49,304 bases of DNA from Candidatus Yanofskybacteria bacterium RIFCSPHIGHO2_01_FULL_41_26 (GCA_001794055.1 MGJB01000018.1:1-49304), one strand, 5' to 3'; positions 18,222-27,506 are shown, numbered from the stretch's first letter. A program made the numbers and translations. The notes: generated from the sequence alone by a model not told the origin.

Positions 18222-18608
18222 TCAGGTTTTTTCCGATGACGATTTTCTTCCCGAACCCATCGTCTTTCTTACATTTCCCCTTAATGTCCTGGAATTTGTT
18301 TTGGAGCGTCCGTGAATAGGAAGTTTTCTAGCATGTCTTAATCCTCTCCAGCTTCCAATTTCTTTAAGGCGTTTTATGTTCTGGCCCACATCTTTTCTTA
18401 AATCTCCTTCTACTTTATAACTTTTCTCAAGTATTTTCTGTATCTTGTTGAGTTCGTCAGCGGTAAGATCCTTGGCGAGCTTATTGCCATCCACATTAGC
18501 GGAACGCAATATAACTTCGCTCGAAGAGCGGCCAACTCCGTACAAATAGGTCATCGAATAAAGGATTTTTTTGTTGTCGGGGATATTTATTCCAAGTAGT
18601 CGTGGCAT
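18222..18608 (-). CDS. rpsM: 30S ribosomal protein S13
   Basis: MPRLLGINIPDNKKILYSMTYLYGVG...WRGLRHARKLPIHGRSKTNSRT. Confidence 0.9.
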   Translation of the reverse strand: MPRLLGINIPDNKKILYSMTYLYGVGRSSSEVILRSANVDGNKLAKDLTADELNKIQKILEKSYKVEGDLRKDVGQNIKRLKEIGSWRGLRHARKLPIHGRSKTNSRTLRGNVRKTMGSGRKSSSEKT

Positions 18609-18648
18609 TATTGAAATGTCGATATATCAAAATTTTAGAAATATCGAT

Positions 18649-18762
18649 TTAACCTTGACGTTGTTTATGTTTTGGATTTTTGCATATGCAATAAAGGCGA
18701 CCTTTTCGTCGTACTAATTTGCAATTGATGCACATTTTTTTAACTGATGCTCGTACCTTCAT
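18649..18762 (-). CDS. rpmJ: 50S ribosomal protein L36 (37 aa; below the ORF-track cutoff)
   Basis: Hand translation of the minus strand gives [37 protein letters not shown]. Lies between infA and rpsM, as expected. Confidence 0.85.
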   Translation of the reverse strand: MKVRASVKKMCINCKLVRRKGRLYCICKNPKHKQRQG

Positions 18763-18765
18763 TTT

Positions 18766-18993
18766 TTAAAATCTGAATGTTATCCTACCTCTTGCTCCGT
18801 CAGGGCTTAATTCTACAGCAACTTTGTCGCCAGGCATTACTTTTATATAATTCAGTCTCATTTTTCCGGCAAGATAGGCCAAAATCTTACGGCCGTCCTC
18901 TAGCTCAACCGTAAAGGTTGTGCCGGGCAAGGCTTCTGTCACTACGCCATTAAATTTTTCTTTTTGTTCTTTCAAAATTAATAATACGGCCAA
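18766..18993 (-). CDS. infA: translation initiation factor IF-1
   Basis: [60 protein letters not shown]. The track start is TTG and the true start is uncertain (an internal TTG is possible). Confidence 0.85.
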   Translation of the reverse strand: MAVLLILKEQKEKFNGVVTEALPGTTFTVELEDGRKILAYLAGKMRLNYIKVMPGDKVAVELSPDGARGRITFRF

Positions 18994-19146
18994 AACAAGT
19001 GGATTATACTCCTGATTTTACTCCTCGTGAGCGGAAGGTCCTCCACTTAGGAATCATGGAACCCGCTCAAAACATGATATTTTAAAGCCCCCTTATCTTA
19101 TCAAAAACGCCTTTAAATGTCAATCGTCGTTTAACTTTAATCCAAA

Positions 19147-19362
19147 TTACCATTTCTTTTTCTGATTTTCTGCATCGCTTTGGAGATAGCTCTTTGAGGT
19201 TTCATCACCAACTTGTTGCCTCATGATATAGAGTCTTCTGTTGTTATTATCGTAAAAAACGTTATCATAGCCTCCGCGTCTTGTTTTTGGACCAGTCATA
19301 ACAACCGGCTCAAAACCCAAAATATTTTGTGCTTGCTCAGATAACAACTGAATGGATTCCAT
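19147..19362 (-). CDS. hypothetical protein (71 aa)
   Basis: ATG ORF co-directional with its neighbours; no recognisable motif. Confidence 0.35.
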   Translation of the reverse strand: MESIQLLSEQAQNILGFEPVVMTGPKTRRGGYDNVFYDNNNRRLYIMRQQVGDETSKSYLQSDAENQKKKW

Positions 19363-19577
19363 ATAATCTTTCTGATATTGTACTGAATCATCAAAATAGT
19401 CATCGCCTTCTAAATGTTTTTGAAAATTTATTTGAGCTATCTATTGAAGATATAACATAAGAATTAAAACCTGAATTTTTAAAATTTTGTCTATTTAGTT
19501 CATTAGGATTTTCGTAATAATTAACATTGCGGTTACTTCTTTGATCTGATGATAAATTTTGAAAAATTTCATGTTAT

Positions 19578-21314
19578 TTAGTAGTTTATTTGAATACTTG
19601 TTTTTTCTCCATTTCGGGGGATTCTTTTGACCCAAAATGGCGATAAAATTACCTTTGCTGAATCTATGCCGACGGCTCCTTTAAAGTAATTCTTGATTTC
19701 CATCTCGCTTTGGCCGGCTAAGTCTGTTTTTATTTTATCGGAATCTACTTTAGCGTAACCATCGCCTTTAATATTTGCAGTAAATGTCAAGGTGTTATTG
19801 ATTTCATCGAAAGTTATATCAGCGTAATTTTTAGTGATTTTTTCGGGTACGATTGTGAAGTTCTGCTTTTTGTCAACATATTGTTTTATAAGATTGTTTA
19901 AATCATCTTCTTTGAATCCGACGGTTTTTATTGATCCGTTTACTGTCATCGTAAACGAATCAGTGGCCTCGTCTGTTTTAGCGGTTGATTCCAGAGCTTT
20001 TAATTTAACGGCTGAAGCATTTATTATTTTCAATCCGGCAGTTTGGGTTTTGAGAGAGTCTTGAACATCTTTTGCCACTTGATCTGTCAGGGTCTGTTTA
20101 GCGGTATTAAAGTCAATTTCAGTGACTACTTTTGCCTTTCCGATAATTCCGCCTTTTATGGCAGTATCAGATTTCCCATATATTTTTTCATATCTTATGG
20201 TATCGCCTTTTTCCCTGAAAGCCGGGATGCCAAATTTATTCGCGGGAACATTATATTCCTGTCCCGCCTTATCAGCGATGACTTCTACGTTTATGCTGCC
20301 GGGAATGATTTTGCCACCCACTACCGTAGTTCCGGGAATGACTATGCCTTTTAATGTTCTAAAAACCAATCCGTCAGAAGTTTGAAATCTGGTGGTAGCA
20401 ATCAAGACCTGCGGAGTGGTTCCGTATTCATTGAACACGGTAATTGTGCCTCTGGCTTTTTGTGCGACATCTTTTTCTCCGGTTGCAAAAAAGGTTTGAC
20501 TGGCATTTTTTTCTGTGTTGAACATTTGACCGGGGATTTTATTCAGACTAGCATCTACAGCTGAAAACCTGTCAGAGGCTGAGACTTTTAATTGAAAATC
20601 AAGAGGTTGTTTGTGGGGCGTTATGCTTATGTTGGCGCTTCCCGTGGTCATGTAAATTATGGCTCCAAGCACGATAATTGAAACTCCTCCAAGAATGATT
20701 ATTAATCTTCTGGGAAAATTTTTGAATGATTTCTTTGTCCGATTATTAATATCGGTCCACATACTATCCTTTACCACCAAAACACGCTCGCTTTGTTCTC
20801 TCCAGATATTTTTTATGTCGTCTACGGATTGATATGTGGGCTTTTTCTTTATATCAAGATTTGTGGGTTGTTCTTTCCGTAAGGTAACTTTTAGAGACTG
20901 CCCTTCTTGCTTAACAATATCGTCAAGCCCTCTTTTCGTTTTGGATACGGTTACAAACTGATATTCCTCGTTATCATCGTTATTTTCTCGATACATCGCC
21001 GGTTCGGCAATAGTTTCTTCTTCAATTTTTTCTTCTTTGTTTTCATCATCATCAACGGCTTTAGTTAAAAGAACATCAAATTTATATTTTTTTGCGAGCT
21101 TGTTTATGTCAGGACTGGAACAAAGAAGCGATATTTTTTTGTCAGACTTTTCGGCTTCATGTTCGAGGATAATAAAATGCTCTTCGTTTTTGAAAGCCCT
21201 TGATGTTTTAGGCAGGACAAATATAACCTCTTTGGCTAGAGAGTCTTTAAATAAATCTAAAATTTCCTCAAATTTGTCGTCCTTGAGAACATTGATAATC
21301 TTGGTAGATGCCAT
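19578..21314 (-). CDS. hypothetical single-pass membrane protein (578 aa)
   Basis: Acidic cytoplasmic N-terminal region, a TM segment LIIILGGVSIIVLGAIIYM, and a large beta-rich extracytoplasmic region. No motif recognised. Confidence 0.7.
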   Translation of the reverse strand: MASTKIINVLKDDKFEEILDLFKDSLAKEVIFVLPKTSRAFKNEEHFIILEHEAEKSDKKISLLCSSPDINKLAKKYKFDVLLTKAVDDDENKEEKIEEETIAEPAMYRENNDDNEEYQFVTVSKTKRGLDDIVKQEGQSLKVTLRKEQPTNLDIKKKPTYQSVDDIKNIWREQSERVLVVKDSMWTDINNRTKKSFKNFPRRLIIILGGVSIIVLGAIIYMTTGSANISITPHKQPLDFQLKVSASDRFSAVDASLNKIPGQMFNTEKNASQTFFATGEKDVAQKARGTITVFNEYGTTPQVLIATTRFQTSDGLVFRTLKGIVIPGTTVVGGKIIPGSINVEVIADKAGQEYNVPANKFGIPAFREKGDTIRYEKIYGKSDTAIKGGIIGKAKVVTEIDFNTAKQTLTDQVAKDVQDSLKTQTAGLKIINASAVKLKALESTAKTDEATDSFTMTVNGSIKTVGFKEDDLNNLIKQYVDKKQNFTIVPEKITKNYADITFDEINNTLTFTANIKGDGYAKVDSDKIKTDLAGQSEMEIKNYFKGAVGIDSAKVILSPFWVKRIPRNGEKTSIQINY

Positions 21315-21383
21315 CTACTTACAGTATATCACAACAAAAACACCAAGAAATCAACAGTTTTATTAACGACGAAAATACTTCAA

Positions 21384-21502
21384 CAGAATAGCGAACACCT
21401 CATCCCACGAAGACCGCATAAAAATCTTCTGATTTTTTGCTCTATCTCGGCTCGGGGTAGCCTCCGAACGTTCTTTTTAGGGATAAGGTGTTCGCTATTC
21501 TG
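21384..21502 (-). repeat. 108-nt hairpin repeat family, copy 1 (inverted relative to copies 2 and 3)
   Basis: The reverse complement aligns with copies 2 and 3: ...aagaacgttcggaggctaccccg[ag]gccgaga[tg]agagcaaaaaatcaga...tttttatgcggtct...gggatgaggtg.... The terminal stem is cagaatagcgaacacc / ggtgttcgctattctg. The dus stop codon (21495-21497) lies inside this stem. Confidence 0.8.
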
Positions 21503-22472
21503 AAAGAATTTTGGTGAATTCTTCTTCATTTTTCGCCTGCATGAGTTTTGTGCGTAATTCTTTAGCACCGTCAAAGCCGGAGATGTAGATTTTGAAAAAT
21601 TTTTTCATGACATCAAAGTTTTTCGCCTGCCCTGAGCTTGTCGAAGGGTCACCCCAGAGTTCAATAAATAATCCCATGTGTTTTTTTAGAAGTTCAATTT
21701 TTTCTTGAGGTGTTTTTGTAGCAGGGTCTATTGAGGGATTGAAAATCCAGGGATTGCGGAATATTCCTCTGCCGACCATTATTCCGTCTAAGTCATATTG
21801 TTTGGCTTTTTCCAAACCCTCCGCATAACTAACCACATCCCCATTGCCTATTACTGGTATACCCGCTTTTCGGCAAAGCAATCCTGCTTTACCTATTTCA
21901 TCCCAATGAGCCGGAACCTTAGACATTTCCTTCATTGTTCTGCCGTGGATAATTATCGCGTCTGGCTCGGCTTCAATAAGATATGATATCCACTCTTCCG
22001 TAATTATCTTGTTGTAGCCAATACGAGTTTTGATAGAAACAGGCATCCGCCGGCCGGCGGATGCCGCTCCCCGCTTGGTCTCCCTGATTATTTCTTTCGC
22101 CAGTTCAGGAGTTCGTATCAGTCCTGCTCCGCAATCGTGTTTGACTATTTTTCCTGCCGGACAACCCATGTTTATATCGATTCCGTCAAAGCCAAGTTCT
22201 ACGGCGCGTTGGGCACATTTATAAAAATTCTTGGGATTAGCTCCAAAAAACTGGGCTACGATAGGACGTTCATTTTTCTTGAATGCCAAATGAAGCATTA
22301 ATTTAGGCCGGCCTTTTTCGGAACATAATCCGTCACAAGAAACAAATTCAGTATAAAAAACATCAGGTTTACCGGTTTCACATATAATCTGCCGGAATGC
22401 CATGTCCGTTACATCTGCCATCGGCGCCAAAACAAAAAAGGGCCTGGGAAATTGTTGCCAAAAATTTGACAT
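21495..22472 (-). CDS. dus: tRNA-dihydrouridine synthase
   Basis: FVLAPMADVTDMAFRQI, DINMGCPA (catalytic Cys), IIHGRT. Contains an in-frame 24-nt perfect palindrome. Confidence 0.85.
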   Translation of the reverse strand: MSNFWQQFPRPFFVLAPMADVTDMAFRQIICETGKPDVFYTEFVSCDGLCSEKGRPKLMLHLAFKKNERPIVAQFFGANPKNFYKCAQRAVELGFDGIDINMGCPAGKIVKHDCGAGLIRTPELAKEIIRETKRGAASAGRRMPVSIKTRIGYNKIITEEWISYLIEAEPDAIIIHGRTMKEMSKVPAHWDEIGKAGLLCRKAGIPVIGNGDVVSYAEGLEKAKQYDLDGIMVGRGIFRNPWIFNPSIDPATKTPQEKIELLKKHMGLFIELWGDPSTSSGQAKNFDVMKKFFKIYISGFDGAKELRTKLMQAKNEEEFTKILSE

Positions 22473-22650
22473 GAATAATTAAAATAGTATCCTCTAGACA
22501 GGAAATTTACAATAAAGGATTATGAAAATGTCAGACCCAAGAGATGTTGAAGAACTGTGTAGAAAGGTTGAAAAAGAGATCAAAGATCATCCGAAATAAT
22601 GCGATCCTAACTGCAAACCGGGAAATACATTCCTACCTTAAGCAACACTA

Positions 22651-22674
22651 CTCACCAACCCGGTGAGTTTTTTA
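22651..22674 (+). terminator. plus-strand rho-independent terminator overlapping the alaS stop codon
   Basis: ctcacc-aaccc-ggtgag followed by tttttt. There is no T-run in the minus orientation. Confidence 0.45.
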
Positions 22675-24540
22675 TTCAACCGTAGCTCTGATTCTTCTAA
22701 CTCCGGCCGAGATAGCTTCTTCTTTGGTAATTTTAATTTTACCGATTTCACGGGTACGAGAAACATGAGGGCCTCCACACAATTCTTTGGAAAAGTCGCC
22801 AACCGAATAAACATTTACTTTTGGCGGGTATTTTAATTTGAAGAAAGCCAAAGCACCGGATTTGATGGCATCTTCGTAAGACAGCTCTTCTTTAGTGACA
22901 GAATAATCTTTTTGCACCGCTTCGTTTACCATATCTTCAACTCGTTTTATTTCTTCAGGGGTCATTTTGCGCGGGAAAGTAAAATCAAATCGCAATCTTT
23001 CAGATGTAATATCTGAACCTGCTTGATGGACATCTGGTCCCAGAACTTTTCTTAAAGAAGCATGGAGTAAATGCGTTGCGGTATGAAGCCGTGTCGCTTT
23101 TTTCAGTTCCTCCTCATTCCCCGCTTTCAGCTCACCCGTATCCATCAGTAACCCATGTCCGCCAAACTTTTTCTCTGCTCCGGCACGGGATATTTCCTGG
23201 TGTTGTTCTTTTTCTTTTCTAAATCTAGTCTCATCAATTTCTTTACCATCTCTCTTTGCTAATTCTTTGAGTAATTCAATTGGGAAGCCATAACTTTGTT
23301 CAAGCAAAAAGGCTTCTTCACCAGAAATCTTTTTACCGAATTTAAGATAGTGTTCTTCACCTTCTCTAATTCGTGAACTAAACCTTTGGGCTTCTTCATG
23401 GAGCACCTTTTCTATTTCTTCACGGTTAGCATTTATTTCAGAATAGTAAGCAGTGTCTTTGTAGGTATCGATGATGGAGTCAAATATTTCCATGAATGGG
23501 TATTTATCGCCCCCTCTAAGTGTTGCGTGCATTGTCGCACGACGTATCAATCTTCGTAGAATGTAACCCCGATCTTTGTTAGAAGGTCTTAATTTTTCCG
23601 AGATTAAAAATACAGAAGCTCGTAAATGGTCAGAAATTATCCTTAAACTTCTTTCTCCGTCTAAAGGTTTAGTCACATGTTTTTTAACCGCTTCCATTAT
23701 TGTCTCAAAAAAGTCGGTTGAAAAAATATCAGATTGGTTTTGGGAAGCAGCTGTTATTCTTTCAAGTCCTCCGCCGAAGTCTATGTTTTTTTGAGGCAAC
23801 GGTTTAAATGACCCGTTTGCCTGTTTTTGATATTCCATGAAAACATTGTTTCCGATTTCAAGATAACGTCCGCAATCGCAGTTTACGTGGCACGCTGGGC
23901 CATATTTTTCGAAATCGTGTTGTTCGGTATTTCCGAAATCATAGAACATCTCGCTATCAGGACCACCGGGTTGGCCAACGGCCATTTCTTCGGGTGTTCC
24001 GGATAATGACCACCAGTTTTTTTTATCGCTATAATAAAATATTCTTCCGTTACGCATGCCCTCCTGTTCAGCATTTTCTAAATCAACAGCTTCTATGTCT
24101 ACTTTTTTAAATAATTCTTTCCAGATCTGAACCGATTCAGTATCTCGGGGAATTTGGTTATTGCCGGCAAATACAGTTATATACAAATTTTGAGGGTTGA
24201 TTTTTGCTTCATTAACCAAAAAATCAAAAATCCAATTGAGCTGTTCTTTTTTCCAATAATCACCGAATGACCAATTCCCAAGCATTTCAAAAAAGGTTGT
24301 GTGTCTGTTGTCTCCTACCTCTTCAATGTCTTGCGCACGAAAACATTTTTGTGAATTTGCAATTCTTTTACCTTCAGGATGAATCTCACCAAGAAGATAT
24401 GGGATCATCGGTTGCATTCCGGCGGTTGTGAAAAGTACCGATGGATCATTCTCCGGCACAAGTGAAAATGAGGGTACTATCTTGTGTCCCCTCTCTTCAA
24501 AAAATTTAAGGAATTTATCGCGGATTTCTGTGTGGGTCAT
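22672..24540 (-). CDS. alaS: alanine--tRNA ligase, short form (622 aa)
   Basis: MTHTEIRDKFLKFFEERGHKIVPSFSLVP..DPSVLFTTAGMQ, editing-domain HTATHLLHASL and CGGPHV. Lacks the usual C-terminal ~250 aa. Confidence 0.9.
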   Translation of the reverse strand: MTHTEIRDKFLKFFEERGHKIVPSFSLVPENDPSVLFTTAGMQPMIPYLLGEIHPEGKRIANSQKCFRAQDIEEVGDNRHTTFFEMLGNWSFGDYWKKEQLNWIFDFLVNEAKINPQNLYITVFAGNNQIPRDTESVQIWKELFKKVDIEAVDLENAEQEGMRNGRIFYYSDKKNWWSLSGTPEEMAVGQPGGPDSEMFYDFGNTEQHDFEKYGPACHVNCDCGRYLEIGNNVFMEYQKQANGSFKPLPQKNIDFGGGLERITAASQNQSDIFSTDFFETIMEAVKKHVTKPLDGERSLRIISDHLRASVFLISEKLRPSNKDRGYILRRLIRRATMHATLRGGDKYPFMEIFDSIIDTYKDTAYYSEINANREEIEKVLHEEAQRFSSRIREGEEHYLKFGKKISGEEAFLLEQSYGFPIELLKELAKRDGKEIDETRFRKEKEQHQEISRAGAEKKFGGHGLLMDTGELKAGNEEELKKATRLHTATHLLHASLRKVLGPDVHQAGSDITSERLRFDFTFPRKMTPEEIKRVEDMVNEAVQKDYSVTKEELSYEDAIKSGALAFFKLKYPPKVNVYSVGDFSKELCGGPHVSRTREIGKIKITKEEAISAGVRRIRATVE

Positions 24541-24565
24541 GTCTTAAATAATAGCTTGTTTTTTG

Positions 24566-24592
24566 TAATAAAAAAAGGGGCTATTGCCCCTC
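24566..24592 (-). terminator. rho-independent terminator of the 24601..25377 gene
   Basis: On the minus strand: aggggc-aata-gcccct followed by tttttttatt. Confidence 0.65.
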
Positions 24593-24600
24593 TCAACATA

Positions 24601-25377
24601 TCACCTGCTTGATCTTCGGTATATTCCGCCAGTATATTCCGTAAACGCAGTTTGTCTACAAAGTTTCTCTTCCAATTTAGTAATACGCTCGTTCGCTTTT
24701 TTGAGCTGATCGAGAAGAAATCTATTGGCCTGCATCTGATAATGTAGCCATCCCCAACACCACTCCCAACAGATGATATCGGTCTGGTCGCGACCCATAG
24801 GATACGAGTAGAGTGAGAACTCCAAAATGTAGGCCTTGTTGTCCAACGCTTTAAATTTCCTGGCATTCCTTACCATGCGGAGGATGTCATCAGGCGGTTT
24901 TTCGCCTTCAGCCGGCTGGCCATCAACTTTTCCGTAGGTCTTCAGTTCATCCGGACCTTTTGATTCAAGGTCTCTTGGGGTTCCGGGCCCATAGAAATAC
25001 TCAACCCAAATTGCATGCTCGTTCAGTACCAGAATATTTCCAGCGCAAACAGATTCCTTTACATTGATTGCTTCATTACACAAGGTATAAAAAGCTGTTT
25101 TGGCCTCGTTGTTTCCTTCATTGTTTGCAAGGCAAAAAGACAAAATAGTATCAAAGTCGGTCTGTTCGTATTTGACCGGGCATTTGAAGTGGGTTTTCTC
25201 GTCCTGGTGAAAATGCCGGCATGAAATCGTGCCGTGTTTGGCGAGAAATGCTTTTAGTTCTTCTTCACGGCCTCGTAGAGTATTCGGAGGAAAACAAATG
25301 AAATCGGCAACGTTGAACCCTGCACTGGAAAGCTGTTCAAGACGGACGTGTTTGAGCGGATATTCCCGACTGGACAT
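24601..25377 (-). CDS. hypothetical protein (258 aa, Cys/Trp-rich)
   Basis: ATG ORF with its own putative promoter (TTGACA-17-TATCTT on the minus strand at ~25400-25430) and terminator. No motif recognised. Confidence 0.6.
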   Translation of the reverse strand: MSSREYPLKHVRLEQLSSAGFNVADFICFPPNTLRGREEELKAFLAKHGTISCRHFHQDEKTHFKCPVKYEQTDFDTILSFCLANNEGNNEAKTAFYTLCNEAINVKESVCAGNILVLNEHAIWVEYFYGPGTPRDLESKGPDELKTYGKVDGQPAEGEKPPDDILRMVRNARKFKALDNKAYILEFSLYSYPMGRDQTDIICWEWCWGWLHYQMQANRFLLDQLKKANERITKLEEKLCRQTAFTEYTGGIYRRSSR

Positions 25378-25469
25378 TACTGTTCCTTGTCAGTGTACAA
25401 TTTAGCAAGAAGATAGCATCGAAAATAATTTTTGTCAAAAGTAATATATACCAATTTACTGACAGAGAT

Positions 25470-27053
25470 TTAGTTATTAAGTAAGAATCGGAAAATAGCC
25501 CCAAGATATTTATTGTTCAGTAATGATTGGGGCGCTGGTTCCGATGGTGGAGGCGGAGGTGGTAGCATTTCTCTTTGAGGTTCTTGAAACTGCTGCTGCA
25601 TTTGAGGTACAGGTTCAAGCGGTTGGGATTGTTCTATCGGCATGCGGCCTTCAAACTCTGATGGAGGCACAAATCCTGGCGGAGGAGTCATCTCATCGCT
25701 TGGCATAGGCATTTCTGGTCGTTGAAACTCTGGGGGTATTTGTTTGTCTTGTGGTTCTCTTCGTTCCCATTCGCGCGGCTCCTCTCTTTCTCCTGGTGGA
25801 GGAAATTGATTTTGGATTGGCCTTTGCTCATTAGATCTTTGCTTATCTTCTGATCGTTGAAAATTTTGGCAGGCTTCTGGATTTTGAGAGCAAAAACTCT
25901 GGCATTCTTCCGGTGTAGAACATCCTCCGGGGCTGCGGCGGAATTCGCTACCTTCTGGCGGCGGTATGCCCGGTCTTCCTTCATGTTCTTGTCTTTCTTG
26001 TTCTTGCCCTGGCTCGCCTTCCATCGACGGGGGCATTTTTTGGAAACAACCTTGAATTGCATCTCCCAATTGAGGTCCGGGAGTGAGTTCTCCCGACTGG
26101 ATTTTGTTCATTGTTTTTTCACCAAGAGCTGATCTCAAGCAGTCCCTTGCTTCGCTTGGCATCCTATCTATGTCTTCGCGCATTCGATTCATCCCTTCTT
26201 TCATTCTGCTCAATTCTTCTTCGGTGATCATTCCATTCTCTTCGGCGAATTTAAAACATATATCTTGGTTAGATGGATTATTACAAAATGATTCACACTC
26301 CTCTTTGCCTTTGCACCCGCCCGGACCTTTGCCTTTTGTTTTTCTCGCCATTTCTGCTTCTTTTGCGTCCATAAATCCGGCTTCAATCGCAAAATTCATA
26401 CAGACTTCCATATTGTCTGGTTGTTGGCAATATTCATCGCAGGCCTGTCTGCCTCGACAAGGTAGCGGTTTAACTCCTCTTTTGAGGGCCTGCAACATTT
26501 TTTGGGCATTTTCTTTCTCCTGATCACCCATCAAACCGGCTTCAGACGCAAAGGTAACACATTCTTCCATATGGCTCGGATTCCCGCAGTAGCTATCGCA
26601 CGATTTCTTGTTGCCGCAAGCCGGCGGTTTAACACCTCGTTTAATTGCATTGCGTACTTTTTGAGCTTCCCGTAGCTCATCAGGCGGTATCAAGCTGTTT
26701 TGCTCGGCAAACGAAACACACTCGTCAATGCGAGAAATGTCATTGCAATATGTTTCACAAGAATCCTTACCAGTACATCCGCCGGGACCCTTGTTGCCTG
26801 AGGCCGCGAACTTTTTGGCCATTTCAAGCTCTTCCTTCGGCATTAAATTGTTCTGTTCAGCAAAATTTAAACAGGCCGAAATATTCTCAGGTCTATCACA
26901 ATAACTCCGGCATTCGGATTCACTTTTACAATTTCCAAGCTGGGAAACCGGATATTGAATATCCGAAATACCGGCAAACACTTGAACAGCAAAAAAAGAC
27001 AATATGCCGACTCCAGCCAAGTAAAGTATAAAAATAATTTTATTTTGTTTCAT
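25470..27053 (-). CDS. secreted Cys-rich tandem-repeat protein with Pro/Glu/Gln-rich tail
   Basis: Signal/anchor MKQNKIIFILYLAGVGILSFFAVQVFAG, followed by six copies of a ~45-aa module C-x5,6-C-x3-C-x8,9-C-x2-FA. Confidence 0.75.
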   Translation of the reverse strand: MKQNKIIFILYLAGVGILSFFAVQVFAGISDIQYPVSQLGNCKSESECRSYCDRPENISACLNFAEQNNLMPKEELEMAKKFAASGNKGPGGCTGKDSCETYCNDISRIDECVSFAEQNSLIPPDELREAQKVRNAIKRGVKPPACGNKKSCDSYCGNPSHMEECVTFASEAGLMGDQEKENAQKMLQALKRGVKPLPCRGRQACDEYCQQPDNMEVCMNFAIEAGFMDAKEAEMARKTKGKGPGGCKGKEECESFCNNPSNQDICFKFAEENGMITEEELSRMKEGMNRMREDIDRMPSEARDCLRSALGEKTMNKIQSGELTPGPQLGDAIQGCFQKMPPSMEGEPGQEQERQEHEGRPGIPPPEGSEFRRSPGGCSTPEECQSFCSQNPEACQNFQRSEDKQRSNEQRPIQNQFPPPGEREEPREWERREPQDKQIPPEFQRPEMPMPSDEMTPPPGFVPPSEFEGRMPIEQSQPLEPVPQMQQQFQEPQREMLPPPPPPSEPAPQSLLNNKYLGAIFRFLLNN

Positions 27054-27055
27054 AA

Positions 27056-27310
27056 TTATTTGAAGGGATTAGTTTTTATGCCGGAAAAAGGATTAGCTTC
27101 GCTTAAAGGATTAACCTCTGGTTTATTTTTCAACGGATTAACTGTCGGTAGATTCTGGGCCGGATTTTCAGTTTTTTGGTAAAGATCGCTGCCCAGCCCC
27201 CCTTGCGTTTCAGAAGATTTGTTTCGGATACTTTCTCGCCATAAAAATACAACAAGAACAAGCGCGACTAAAATTAACATCGCCAGATATGTCTTGAAAT
27301 GATTGCTCAT
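27056..27310 (-). CDS. small membrane-anchored protein with NP-repeat tail (84 aa)
   Basis: TM segment LAMLILVALVLVVFLW. Its stop is 3 nt from the start of the Cys-rich gene (operon). Confidence 0.55.
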   Translation of the reverse strand: MSNHFKTYLAMLILVALVLVVFLWRESIRNKSSETQGGLGSDLYQKTENPAQNLPTVNPLKNKPEVNPLSEANPFSGIKTNPFK

Positions 27311-27369
27311 GATATAAATTTTAATGTTTTAGAAAATTAAGTAAAGATTAAAAAGTTGATATTTTTTGA

Positions 27370-27398
27370 TTGAAAGATCGGTCTTAATGTGTTATGAT
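27370..27398 (+). promoter_or_regulatory. sigma70-like promoter for tRNA-His
   Basis: TTGAAA (27370-27375), 17-nt spacer, TATGAT (27393-27398); about 15 nt upstream of the tRNA. Confidence 0.4.
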
Positions 27399-27413
27399 AA
27401 AGAATAAATTTAT

Positions 27414-27488
27414 GGGGGCTATGGTGAAATGGTTATCACAGCGCTCTGTGGAAGCGCGGTCGTGGGTTCAATTCCCACTAGCCCCCCA
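27414..27488 (+). tRNA. tRNA-His (GUG)
   Basis: Hand-folded cloverleaf: G-1 plus acceptor GGGGCUA/UAGCCCC, anticodon arm GCGCU-CUGUGGA-AGCGC, and T arm GUGGG-UUCAAUU-CCCAC. Confidence 0.85.
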
Positions 27489-27506
27489 TCTGTGTTAAAA
27501 TAAATT

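Noticed and set aside
19363-19577. Possible pseudogene remnants between the 71-aa ORF and the 578-aa gene
   Set aside because: Only short ORFs interrupted by stops are present, with no similarity to anything recognisable. It cannot be distinguished from an ordinary AT-rich spacer.
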